Positions 41,698 to 51,088 are shown, counted from the first letter of the stretch. The stretch: 64,000 nucleotides of DNA from an uncultured Nitrososphaerales archaeon (GCA_963841565.1 CAWJCY010000003.1:128001-192000); one strand, 5' to 3'. The notes: generated from the letters alone by a model not told the origin. Translations and numbers: made by a program.

Positions 41698-41802
41698 ATG
41701 TTGTTGAGGAATTCATGCTTGCATGATGGAAGGAAGATAACGAAGACAGATTTTTCTGCTCCGTTTCGTTTGTTGTGTGGTGGAGGAACGGCTTTATTGT
41801 GA
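41698..41802 (+). promoter_or_regulatory. Putative Leu-rich leader peptide (34 aa) and alternative hairpins upstream of ilvB
   Basis: MLLRNSCLHDGRKITKTDFSAPFRLLCGGGTALL*; stop overlaps GTG 41799; TATA-like cttataaa at 41653. Confidence 0.4.
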
Positions 41803-43487
41803 CAAGGATGAAGGGAGCAGAGGCCCTGATGCGCTCTCTGGAAAAGGAAGGTGTCGACATTGTTTTTGGTCTCCCAGGAGGAGCAAACCTTCCCATTTAC
41901 GACGCGCTGGTAGATGCAAAGATTCGTCACATTCTTGTCAGACATGAACAATCAGCTGCCCATATGGCAGACGGATATGCCAGAATAAAAAGGAAGGCTG
42001 GTGTATGTTTCGCAACATCTGGTCCTGGCGCAACAAATTTGATAACCGGCATAGCGACAGCTTACGCAGACTCTTCACCTATGGTCGCGGTCACCGGTCA
42101 AGTTCCTTTGGAGATGATAGGAAAGGATGCCTTCCAGGAAACAGACATCATAGGGATCGCAAACCCATGCACAAAGTATACATTTCAGCCTAGAAAGGCT
42201 ATCGAGATACCCGAAACCGTTAAGAAGGGATTTTACATTGCTGAAAGTGGAAGGCCAGGTCCAGTCCTAATCGACATTCCAAAAGACGTTCAACAAGATG
42301 CTCAAGATATAGAATTTCCTGATCTAATAAAAGTGAGAGGATACAATCCAGCTATTGAAAGCGATCTTTCAACGATCGGAAAGGCTACTGAATTATTATT
42401 GGCGGCTCGACGCCCTATAATTATGTCTGGCGGTGGCGTGAATCTGTCCGGAGCGTTTTCTGAATTGGAAGTCCTTGCAGAATTACTATTGGCTCCAGTC
42501 GTTACAACATTCAAGGGAAAGGGATCATTCCCTGAAAATCATCCCTTAGCGATGGGACCTATAGGAATGCACGGGCATGCCGAAGCTAATAAAATCATTT
42601 TAGAAGCAGATTGTATTCTGGCTATTGGCGCAAGATTTTCTGATAGGTCAGTTGGAAGGTTTGATGAGTTTGGTAAAGGCATGAATATAATTCATATGGA
42701 TATCGATCCTGCTGAAATTGGCAAGAATAAATCGGTTGATGTTGCCATTGTTGGAGATGTAAAATCATCGATGAAAACTATGATCAAGATCCTAAATAAA
42801 AAAATAGTCAATCGTAATGAGGAAAACCCTTGGCTAAGGAGAAGGAAGGAGCTTATAGATTACTATACTGAGAGCATCAAGGATTACCCGAGAGATCTTA
42901 CTGCCAGGAAGGTTCTCAAGAAACTGAGAGAGGTACTTCCCAATAACGCCATCGTTACAACTGAAGTTGGACAGTGTCAGATGTGGACGTCGCTTCATTT
43001 TGACGTTATTTCTCCAGGAACCTTCTTCAGTTCCACTGGACTTGGGACTATGGGTTTTGGATTCCCTGCCGCAATCGGAGCCAAGGCTGCACGACAGAAT
43101 GTTCCTGTCGTCGATATTGCCGGTGACGGATCGTTTAATATGAGTGAAAATTCTCTTGCCGTATCTGTACTAGAAAATCTTCCAGTCATAGTTATTTTGC
43201 TGAACAATTACATGCTCGGGATGGTGGCGCAATGGCAGAGAACATTCTATAATAGAAGGTACGAGGGAGTTCATCTTCATAATTGCCCTGACTATACCAA
43301 AATTGCAGATGCATATGGTGCTCAGGGGATAAGGATACAGTCGCTTTCGGAATTAGATAATGCAATTAGGTCAGCACTTAAGAGCAATGTGGCTACCGTA
43401 ATAGACATTCCAATTGACCCCGAGGAAGATGTTTATCCTTTTGTTGCGCCTGGAACAGGACTAAAGGACATGATTGTTGGTTCCTGA
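41799..43487 (+). CDS. ilvB: Acetolactate synthase large subunit (start GTG 41799 or ATG 41808)
   Basis: FGLPGGA, RHEQ, TSGPGATN, GRPGPV, GLGTMGFG, GDGSF, GMVAQWQ. Confidence 0.96.
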   Translation: MTRMKGAEALMRSLEKEGVDIVFGLPGGANLPIYDALVDAKIRHILVRHEQSAAHMADGYARIKRKAGVCFATSGPGATNLITGIATAYADSSPMVAVTGQVPLEMIGKDAFQETDIIGIANPCTKYTFQPRKAIEIPETVKKGFYIAESGRPGPVLIDIPKDVQQDAQDIEFPDLIKVRGYNPAIESDLSTIGKATELLLAARRPIIMSGGGVNLSGAFSELEVLAELLLAPVVTTFKGKGSFPENHPLAMGPIGMHGHAEANKIILEADCILAIGARFSDRSVGRFDEFGKGMNIIHMDIDPAEIGKNKSVDVAIVGDVKSSMKTMIKILNKKIVNRNEENPWLRRRKELIDYYTESIKDYPRDLTARKVLKKLREVLPNNAIVTTEVGQCQMWTSLHFDVISPGTFFSSTGLGTMGFGFPAAIGAKAARQNVPVVDIAGDGSFNMSENSLAVSVLENLPVIVILLNNYMLGMVAQWQRTFYNRRYEGVHLHNCPDYTKIADAYGAQGIRIQSLSELDNAIRSALKSNVATVIDIPIDPEEDVYPFVAPGTGLKDMIVGS

Positions 43488-43501
43488 GGTTGCATAGATA
43501 A

Positions 43502-44026
43502 ATGAATCAAATCGGGTTACTTCCAGAAAAAAAGGCTTCCGACGAGGTTTACATTTTATCTGCCTTAGTCGAGGATAAGCCAGGAGTTCTCTTTAGAGTC
43601 ACTAATTTATTTAGGGCTAGAAATTTCAATATAGAAAGCATTACCGTGGGTTACAGTGAGTCTGCCGACCTTTCGAGAATGACCATAACCACTAGAAGCG
43701 ATGATCGTACATTGGATCAACTTGTAAAGCAACTTCGAAAACTCATTGATGTAGTCGAAGTACGGGTGCTGGATAGAGTTAACACTGTCTATAGGGAATT
43801 GGCTCTCATAAAAATGAATGCTCAGGATCCGACCTCCAGGGCAGAAATTACTAATCTTGCTTCCGTTTTTCGTGGAAAAATACTAGATATAGACAAATTT
43901 ACACTAACGGTTGAGATCACAGGCACTCCGAGCAAGATTGACGCGTTTAGGAATTTGGTATCCGACTTTGGCATTGTTCAACTGGCACGTACTGGTGTTT
44001 CTGCATTGCCCAGGGGAGCGGCTTAG
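43502..44026 (+). CDS. ilvN: Acetolactate synthase small (ACT) subunit
   Basis: VEDKPGVL.RV..LF.AR.FNIESI, KQLRKLIDV, RELALIK, ARTG. Confidence 0.95.
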   Translation: MNQIGLLPEKKASDEVYILSALVEDKPGVLFRVTNLFRARNFNIESITVGYSESADLSRMTITTRSDDRTLDQLVKQLRKLIDVVEVRVLDRVNTVYRELALIKMNAQDPTSRAEITNLASVFRGKILDIDKFTLTVEITGTPSKIDAFRNLVSDFGIVQLARTGVSALPRGAA

Positions 44027-44159
44027 CCCTTAAATCCAAACGGATCAAATCGGCAGAGTTGAAAAATGGATATTTTGATACCTTATTAAGGGGATTCAGC
44101 ACCTCTCAAATACAATCGGGATGGGGAACTCATGACCTCTTAAAAAAGGGTGATTTAAA

Positions 44160-45191
44160 ACGACTCGATATAACATAGCAATGCTCAGCGGTGATGGAAT
44201 AGGACCAGAATTAATTGACTCGGCGACATGTATCCTGAACGCAATAAATGATAATTCGTCGGTAAAATTTACCTTAGTTCCCGTAGAAGCAGGGGATGGT
44301 GCCCTTTCAAGGTTCGGTAAGGCTTTACCGGAATTCACGCTATCCGCTATCCGTAAATCAGATGCTTGTTTGAAAGGGCCTGTGGGAGAGAGTGCCTCAG
44401 ATGTGATACTTGTTATTCGACAGCTTTTCGACCTGTATGCGAATATCCGACCCTTAAAGGCATACCCCAATACGAATTCTTTACATGACAATATAGATCT
44501 TGTAGTAGTGAGGGAGAATACTGAAGACCTTTATCTTGGGTGGGAATTTTGGTCAGATGAGGAAACTGTTATATCACTCAGGCGGACCAGCAAGAAAGCC
44601 ATTGAAAGGATAACTCGGTACGGTTTCAAACTAGCCAAATTAAGAAATAGACAGAGAAAGGTCAGCTTAGTTCACAAGGCGAATGTGTTGAAGAAAAGCG
44701 ATGGAATGTTCAGGAAAGTATGCTCCGAAATCGCATCACTAAACATTGATATTCAGTTCGAAGAGATGTACGTCGATGCATGTGCAATGAACCTTATTCG
44801 GAATCCTCAGGATTTTGATGTTATCGTGACGTCAAACCTCTTTGGCGACATTATTTCCGACGAGGCTGCGCAAGTAGTTGGAGGACTGGGCATGGGTCCG
44901 GCAGCAAATATAGGTAACAATTTCGGGGTGTTTGAACCAGTTCACGGGGCTGCTTTTGATATCCAAGGTAAGAATGTTTCAAATCCTACTTCGATTTTGC
45001 TTTCGGCTAGATTGATGCTTCAATGGTTGGGAACTGAGCGTGACGACAAGCAAGCCACGCTAGAGGGAGATCGGATAGAGGATGCAATATTTCGAATGTT
45101 AATTGAAAATAAGAAGACGAAGGATCTGGGCGGTAATCTTACTACTAAAGAATTCACAAGGAACGTCATGTCATATCTGTATGTAAGCTAG
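44160..45191 (+). CDS. leuB: 3-isopropylmalate dehydrogenase (start probably at 44160, read as ACG)
   Basis: GDGIGPE, LYANIRP, RENTEDLY, HKANV, NLFGDIISD, EPVHG; follows ilvBN. Confidence 0.85.
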   Translation, partial: TTRYNIAMLSGDGIGPELIDSATCILNAINDNSSVKFTLVPVEAGDGALSRFGKALPEFTLSAIRKSDACLKGPVGESASDVILVIRQLFDLYANIRPLKAYPNTNSLHDNIDLVVVRENTEDLYLGWEFWSDEETVISLRRTSKKAIERITRYGFKLAKLRNRQRKVSLVHKANVLKKSDGMFRKVCSEIASLNIDIQFEEMYVDACAMNLIRNPQDFDVIVTSNLFGDIISDEAAQVVGGLGMGPAANIGNNFGVFEPVHGAAFDIQGKNVSNPTSILLSARLMLQWLGTERDDKQATLEGDRIEDAIFRMLIENKKTKDLGGNLTTKEFTRNVMSYLYVS

Positions 45192-45308
45192 TTGTGCGAC
45201 CGTGAATGGTACTTACAACTAAAATTTGTAAAAATTGATTGGATAACGGCGCTAATTGATACTATGAAGGATTTGTATATAAGTCCGAACGTTACTTAAT
45301 TTATCGTC

Positions 45309-45503
45309 ATGGAGGTCAACGGTGAAACAATTACGGGTGTTGCTCTGATTTTCTTATCAGCATTGTTTCTTTATGCTGGGATGATTAACGAGGCTTGGTC
45401 ACTTTTGGTTCCTGCAGATTTTTTGATCCTGGCTATCGGCATTGGCTTTCTCAGCTTAGGGATCATTACATTACGGCGAAAGAAGAGGCACCAGATAGCA
45501 TAG
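45309..45503 (+). CDS. 64-aa two-TM membrane microprotein
   Basis: Two hydrophobic helices, basic tail RRKKR; TATA-like tatataag about 28 bp upstream. Confidence 0.7.
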   Translation: MEVNGETITGVALIFLSALFLYAGMINEAWSLLVPADFLILAIGIGFLSLGIITLRRKKRHQIA

Positions 45504-45587
45504 AGTTAGGTATGACTTGAATATTTTGATCTGGCATGGTTAACCTTTGGCCAGATTTATAAATAAGTATATCTCTACTTTTACAAA

Positions 45588-45758
45588 TTGGGTAGTCGGA
45601 GAAAATCAAGGAATAAACCGATACGGAAGACTAGGACTGTTGAGGGAAGATGTCCTAAATGCACAACGATTGTGAGGTTTAACGTAAGTGGCCAAGTAGG
45701 CGATGAAATTTATGAATGCACCGGATGTATGTCAAAGTTTCACATAGATACTCTCTAG
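45588..45758 (+). CDS. 56-aa basic Zn-ribbon microprotein (not in ORF track)
   Basis: TTG start; MGSRRKSRNKPIRKTRTVEGRCPKC...YECTGCMSKFHIDTL*; TTTATAAA about 28 bp upstream. Confidence 0.75.
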   Translation: MGSRRKSRNKPIRKTRTVEGRCPKCTTIVRFNVSGQVGDEIYECTGCMSKFHIDTL

Positions 45759-45885
45759 TACTCTGCTACTAAGCTTGGATAGGTGGCTGATCTAAGTGAT
45801 TGGTTGGTCTTCAATCATAAATTTCGTAATGTTGGGTAATTCGAAATAAACCAGATTAAAAAGGCATATAGGATAAAAGGCCAAT

Positions 45886-46158
45886 ATGAGTTCAATGGAT
45901 GGGAAATTGCAGTATGACGGAAAGGTATTTCTTTATAGCAGTGGAATGCCTGATGATCTGATCAAGAGAAGTAAATTGAAATTGGTGGAGATTGGGGTTT
46001 CTGACGAGGACATTTTGGTAATTACTGTGCCTGAGGGAGTGCCAGAGGGTTCAATAATGGTCACAATCTGGCCGCATTATCTGTCGGTAGCAAAAGTTAG
46101 GAAGGTGAGAGAGGGGTCAATATACGCTCCCCAACTTTTTAATATCGACCTTTTATAA
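45886..46158 (+). CDS. Hypothetical protein
   Basis: 90-aa ORF with ATG and upstream ttaaaaa TATA-like box. Confidence 0.7.
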   Translation: MSSMDGKLQYDGKVFLYSSGMPDDLIKRSKLKLVEIGVSDEDILVITVPEGVPEGSIMVTIWPHYLSVAKVRKVREGSIYAPQLFNIDLL

Positions 46159-46202
46159 ACTATCGAATTAAGGGGCATTTATGGGAATGGATAAACGAGT
46201 TG

Positions 46203-46349
46203 ATGCTTCTAACATATTTTTGTAAAAAAGGAAGACACTCTGATTGTCCGGGGGAATGGCCTATGGGAGAACCGTGTGATGAAAATAATGATTGCTCATT
46301 CGATGTGGCTATTAAAAGATGCAAATGTGAATGCCATCAGGCCCGATAA
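46203..46349 (+). CDS. 48-aa Cys/His-rich microprotein (not in ORF track)
   Basis: MLLTYFCKKGRHSDCPGEWPMGEPCDENNDCSFDVAIKRCKCECHQAR*; 7 Cys, CxxxxHxxC...CxCxCH. Confidence 0.7.
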   Translation: MLLTYFCKKGRHSDCPGEWPMGEPCDENNDCSFDVAIKRCKCECHQAR

Positions 46350-46463
46350 ACTTCTAACCTCAAACGTATCTTTTTTTTGTATTTGACATGCTGTAAATGA
46401 TTCGGGGTCAGGAAAAGTTAAGAAGCATACAATCACCCATCATTTCAGTCAGCCACCACTTCA

Positions 46464-47027
46464 TCATACCCCTTCAAGATTGAATCCTATTCTCCTCATT
46501 AAATGTTTAGCTACCTCTTGTATCCGATTCGCGACTCTCACAACTACTATTCCCTCTGAAGGTTGTCCATAAAGGATTCTCGAATCAGTTGGCGCGTACG
46601 CGATTAATGGAAGTGCAATAAGGTCCTCTTCACCCCTTACATTTACCAAGACTGGGGCCTGACTCGTTAGTGCACGAATGAGAATATTAATCGCTTCCAA
46701 GGATATTGATCCCGGCTGATTATTGCAGGTAAGCTCGACTAGTTCCACACCTGAAAGTGCTCCTGTGATCTTAGATTTCAGCTTAGAGACGCTTGTTTTG
46801 GAAACTAACCTCTTCTCAAAACCATCAACAACGCTCACATCGGGGACAATACTGAAACTGATAACCTTTGCCGTGGTAGTATCTCCTACAGTGATCAACT
46901 TGCGGGTTGCATGGCGTAGCTCAATTATTTTGTGCTTTTCAACCTGATCATAGCTAATCAGTTCTCCGAGAGGCTTCCTCAGATAATCAATAATCTCCTT
47001 TTGAACTGGCTTCACATCGTGACTCAT
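46464..47027 (-). CDS. GTP-dependent dephospho-CoA kinase (DUF359)
   Basis: LRKPLG, ITVGD.T, VDG..KR, N.PGSI, GEEDLIALP, YGQP.EGIV. Confidence 0.9.
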   Translation of the reverse strand: MSHDVKPVQKEIIDYLRKPLGELISYDQVEKHKIIELRHATRKLITVGDTTTAKVISFSIVPDVSVVDGFEKRLVSKTSVSKLKSKITGALSGVELVELTCNNQPGSISLEAINILIRALTSQAPVLVNVRGEEDLIALPLIAYAPTDSRILYGQPSEGIVVVRVANRIQEVAKHLMRRIGFNLEGV

Positions 47028-48115
47028 TCCATCGGCGTCGTTGAGGCTTTTTCCGCAATATCATTGTCCCTAACGGTAGCAGCTATTACGCTAATACGTC
47101 CAGCGACCAGCTTTGATATCTTTCCAAAGGCTAAACCAGCCAATGAATCTGGTTCCACCAACGTCACCGGTCTACCAAGGTCACTTCCTTCTCTTATTGA
47201 AGGATGCAAAGGGATTTCACCCAAGAAAGGTACATTGAACTTTTCGCTAATCTTCTGTCCTCCACCCCTACCGAAGGTGTAAGTATTCTCGCCACAGTGC
47301 GGACAGACAAGAAAACTCATGTTTTCAACCACTCCTAGTATTGGAATGTTAAGTTTGTTGAACATCCCAACAGATTTGATAGCAACATTCATTGCTACAT
47401 CTTGCGGGGTAGTTACAATTAAGACACCGGTGATAGGTAGTGTCTGCGCCATCGTGAGAGGGGCATCACCTGTCCCTGGAGGCAGATCTATGAGAAGGTA
47501 ATCCAATTCTCCCCATTCTACATCGGTTATGAATTGCTTTATGATTCCTGAAACTATTGGCCCACGATAGATACCTGCTTGCTGCGACTGTTCGTAAAAG
47601 AAGCCCATAGAAATAACCTTCACTCCGTTCGAAACGACAGGCTGTATCTTGTTGTTTACGATCGGTGGTGAATCTTTTATCCCTAACATTAGCGGAACAC
47701 TAGGACCATAAATGTCTGCGTCTAAAAGGCCGACGCTAGCGCCCGACTTGGCCAACGCCAATGCTAAATTCACTGCCACAGTTGTCTTTCCTACTCCTCC
47801 TTTTCCGCTGGCAACCGCAAAAATATTCTTGACCTTGGGGAGCAATTCATCCATTGAAATCGCTCTTCCTTCCATAACTTTGGCAGTAACTTTAAGATCC
47901 AAGTCATTCACTCCTATACTTTGCATGGAATTTCTCACTTCCTGTTCAATTTCGCTATTGAAAGGACAGGCGGGGGTAGTTAATTCAAGAGTAAATGATA
48001 CTTTTTTATCCTTAATGCTTAGATCTTTAATCATACCCATAGATACAATATCCTTGTGTAATTCTGGATCCACAACCTTCTTGAGGGAGGACATAACCTG
48101 ATCCACGTCAGTCAT
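47024..48115 (-). CDS. apbC: Mrp/NBP35 Fe-S cluster carrier ATPase with N-terminal DUF59
   Basis: DPELHKDIV, TTPACP, SGKGGVGKT, DADIYGPS, DLPPGTGD, ENMS..CPHC. Confidence 0.92.
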   Translation of the reverse strand: MTDVDQVMSSLKKVVDPELHKDIVSMGMIKDLSIKDKKVSFTLELTTPACPFNSEIEQEVRNSMQSIGVNDLDLKVTAKVMEGRAISMDELLPKVKNIFAVASGKGGVGKTTVAVNLALALAKSGASVGLLDADIYGPSVPLMLGIKDSPPIVNNKIQPVVSNGVKVISMGFFYEQSQQAGIYRGPIVSGIIKQFITDVEWGELDYLLIDLPPGTGDAPLTMAQTLPITGVLIVTTPQDVAMNVAIKSVGMFNKLNIPILGVVENMSFLVCPHCGENTYTFGRGGGQKISEKFNVPFLGEIPLHPSIREGSDLGRPVTLVEPDSLAGLAFGKISKLVAGRISVIAATVRDNDIAEKASTTPME

Positions 48116-48373
48116 ATGCTACAAGTAGTTTGAAGTTCACAATATTTAAATCGTTAACAATTTTAATACTTGGGTTGGGACCGTCAATTGCGTGGTACTC
48201 CCATTGAGATCAGGCTTCTAAAACATATATTAAATGAAAAAAATTTCGTTCTGGTAAGAATCACCACAATCCAGGGATCCAAGCTGTATCATTCAAAGCT
48301 ACAAAAGGTCAGTATATGATTATCTTATCCAAAGGTTAATAAATTGATGTTCCGTCGCTATCAATTGTATATC

Positions 48374-48976
48374 ATGTTTGCGATCGTGCATATGAGCGAC
48401 GTTATAAGAATCCCTCCCGATCGATTAACCCCGTCTCTTAATAGAACTGCGATTGGAATTCTTAAAGAGAAATACGAGAGTATGATTAGCCCTGAGCTTG
48501 GGTATGTTATCATGATTATAGAGGCATCTACAAACCCCGTGGGTAAGCTCGTCGCAGGTGACGGAGCAACATATCATAGAGTGAGTTTTAAGGCCTTAAC
48601 ATTCTTTCCAAGATTACAGGAAATAGTTGAAGGAGAGATAGTTGAGATAACTGATTTTGGAGCATTTGTCAGGATAGGGCCTACCGATGCCTTACTCCAC
48701 TTGTCCCAGATAACAGACGACTTTCTTAAGAGTGATGTGAAGCAAGGGATAATTTTGGCAAATCAGTCTTCTAGGTCTATTAAAATTGGGTCCAGGTTAA
48801 GAGGAAGGATAACAGCAGTCAGTCTAGGTAAAGGGGCCGCCATGGGAAAAATAGGAATTACGTGTAGACAGCCATTTTTGGGGGCCCTGGAATGGATTGA
48901 ACAGGATGTCCTTAAGTCACAACAGACTCAGTCTACAGTTCCAATAAAGGAAAAAAAGCGAGGTACCAGTAAGTAA
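48374..48976 (+). CDS. rpoE1: RNA polymerase subunit E' (Rpo7)
   Basis: VIRIPP, GDGATYH, FGAFVRIGP.DALLHLSQI, TCRQPFLG. Confidence 0.95.
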   Translation: MFAIVHMSDVIRIPPDRLTPSLNRTAIGILKEKYESMISPELGYVIMIIEASTNPVGKLVAGDGATYHRVSFKALTFFPRLQEIVEGEIVEITDFGAFVRIGPTDALLHLSQITDDFLKSDVKQGIILANQSSRSIKIGSRLRGRITAVSLGKGAAMGKIGITCRQPFLGALEWIEQDVLKSQQTQSTVPIKEKKRGTSK

Positions 48977-49164
48977 TGCCGAGGGAACTTGCGTGTAAGA
49001 AATGTAAGGCGCTGACCATCGGAAAAGTTTGCCCTGTGTGTAGTTCCACTGATTTAACGCCTCACTGGACAGGGATGATATTGGTATTCGATCCTTCCAA
49101 TTCTCATGTGGCCACGACTCTTGACCTTCGCGTCCCTCACAAATATGCATTAAAAGCTACATGA
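48976..49164 (+). CDS. spt4: Transcription elongation factor Spt4 (RpoE'')
   Basis: ACKKC...CPVC...W.G...DP..S.VA..L....KYA; follows rpoE1. Confidence 0.93.
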   Translation: MPRELACKKCKALTIGKVCPVCSSTDLTPHWTGMILVFDPSNSHVATTLDLRVPHKYALKAT

Positions 49165-50066
49165 GTCCTCTTCGTGGGCCGGAAAACGTTGTGTCCTTAT
49201 CTGAGTATCTAATTCGACGAAACCGCATCCTTTCGTATCTTGAAGAGGACCTTGGTAGCGGTGATATCACAAGCGAAGTAGTGATACCGTCAGATTTCCA
49301 TGCCGAAGCTGAGGTGTGGTGTAAGGGAACTTCAGACAGCGTAGTGATTTGTGGCGTGGAGGAAGCATGTATTGCCTTGGAGATTTGCGGCTGCCATACT
49401 TCGAAACTAGTTGAAGATGGGGCTATTGTAACCGGCAATCAACAAGTAATCGCAGTGAAAGGAAATGCCAGGGAGATACTCAAAGCCGAACGAACTGCCT
49501 TAAACTTGCTAATGCGCATGAGCGGAGTAGCGACAGAAAGTAGAAAATACGACGTACTCTTAAGAAAGCTTGGTGTCAATACTCTGATCACAGCTACTAG
49601 AAAGACATCTCCCGGGATGAGAGTATTTGATAAGAAGGCCATAGCGACCGGAGGTGGACATCCTCACCGAATGGGGCTATACGACAAGGTCCTCATAAAG
49701 GATAACCATATTGCGATTGTGGGGAATGCTAGTGACTGCGTAAGCATGGCGAGGAAACAAGTCGGAAAGAACCAAGAGATAGAATGCGAAGTTCGTTCTG
49801 AAGATGAACTCATTTCCGTTATTCTGGCTGGTGCAGACATCGTCATGTTGGACAACTTTTCCGCGGAAAATGCGAAGGCGGCCATGTCTAATTTACGTGA
49901 TATGGGCCTAAGAAATCGTGTACTTGTGGAGATTTCAGGAGGTATCAATGAATCTAATTTCCAAGATTTTGCCCAGCTAAACCCAGATTTCATATCAGTA
50001 GGTTCTATAACACATTCTGCTAGGGCAGTCGATTTTAGTATGACTATCCAATCCTATAATAGATAA
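49161..50066 (+). CDS. nadC: Quinolinate phosphoribosyltransferase
   Basis: EDLGSGDIT, ERTALN, TRKTSPG, HRMGLYD, IKDNH, MLDNF, SGGI. Confidence 0.95.
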   Translation: MSPLRGPENVVSLSEYLIRRNRILSYLEEDLGSGDITSEVVIPSDFHAEAEVWCKGTSDSVVICGVEEACIALEICGCHTSKLVEDGAIVTGNQQVIAVKGNAREILKAERTALNLLMRMSGVATESRKYDVLLRKLGVNTLITATRKTSPGMRVFDKKAIATGGGHPHRMGLYDKVLIKDNHIAIVGNASDCVSMARKQVGKNQEIECEVRSEDELISVILAGADIVMLDNFSAENAKAAMSNLRDMGLRNRVLVEISGGINESNFQDFAQLNPDFISVGSITHSARAVDFSMTIQSYNR

Positions 50067-50143
50067 GGATAGTTTGCAAGTATCCCGGCTTGCATGCTCA
50101 TCCCTTAATGTCATTCAATCTAAGATAAGAAAGGCTAATCAAA

Positions 50144-51088
50144 TCAGACGGCTAGCATCCTTTCAATTGCTAGTCTTGCTTGTGACCTCACTTTATCGGG
50201 GACGTTCACCACATGGACATTTTTCCTTAGAGAGTGATACACCTTTTCGAGTGTGATCATCTTCATATATTTGCATATAGCATCTTCTTTCAACGGTAGG
50301 AAGGTCTTGTCAGGGTTCTGATTTTTCATCCTATGAAGAATCCCTATTTCAGTTGCCACTATGAATTTCTTGGAATGTGAAGACGATGCATATTTAATCA
50401 TTCCCTCAGTAGAAAGTACATGGCACGATTTGTTGATATCACCCTCCCCATAATGATATAGTGCTGATGTAGTACATCCACATTCAGGATGAATCAAAAG
50501 TTCAGAGTCGGATTCGGCATCAAGATACTTGTTGATATCGCGAAATGTCATTCCTGCATGCACGTGACATTCGCCTGGCCAAATATGCATATTCTTCCTG
50601 TTAGTTTGCCTGGCGACATATGACCCCAGGAACATGTCTGGTAGAAAAAGTATCTCTTTGTCGGCTGGAATAGAGTTTGTAATTTCTACTGCATTAGAGG
50701 AGGTGCAACAATAATCAGACAACGCCTTGATTTCAGCTGATGTATTGACATAACTAATAACGATAGCCTCTGGATGTTTTGATTTCCATCTGATAAGTTC
50801 ATCAGGATTAATTGCCGAAGCCAGAGAGCATCCAGCCTGGGTATCTGGTATCAATACTGTTTTTTCGGGGCACAATATAGCCGCAGTCTCAGCCATGAAG
50901 TGGACCCCACAAAATACGATAAGATCTGCATCTGTACCGGCAGCGGCTCTAGAAAGGGCCAGTGAATCACCAACAAAATCCGCAATATCCTGAATTTCTG
51001 GGTTCTGGTAGTTATGAGCCAGAATAACTGCGTTCAACTCTTTCTTCAGCTGTCTTATTTTTACATCGTAATTTTCAATTTCTAACAT
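50144..51088 (-). CDS. nadA: Quinolinate synthase (start refined to ATG 51088)
   Basis: ILAHNYQ, FCGVHFMAE, AGCSLA, YVNTSA, CTSSNA, CHVH, HPEC, C.YMK. Confidence 0.96.
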   Translation of the reverse strand: MLEIENYDVKIRQLKKELNAVILAHNYQNPEIQDIADFVGDSLALSRAAAGTDADLIVFCGVHFMAETAAILCPEKTVLIPDTQAGCSLASAINPDELIRWKSKHPEAIVISYVNTSAEIKALSDYCCTSSNAVEITNSIPADKEILFLPDMFLGSYVARQTNRKNMHIWPGECHVHAGMTFRDINKYLDAESDSELLIHPECGCTTSALYHYGEGDINKSCHVLSTEGMIKYASSSHSKKFIVATEIGILHRMKNQNPDKTFLPLKEDAICKYMKMITLEKVYHSLRKNVHVVNVPDKVRSQARLAIERMLAV

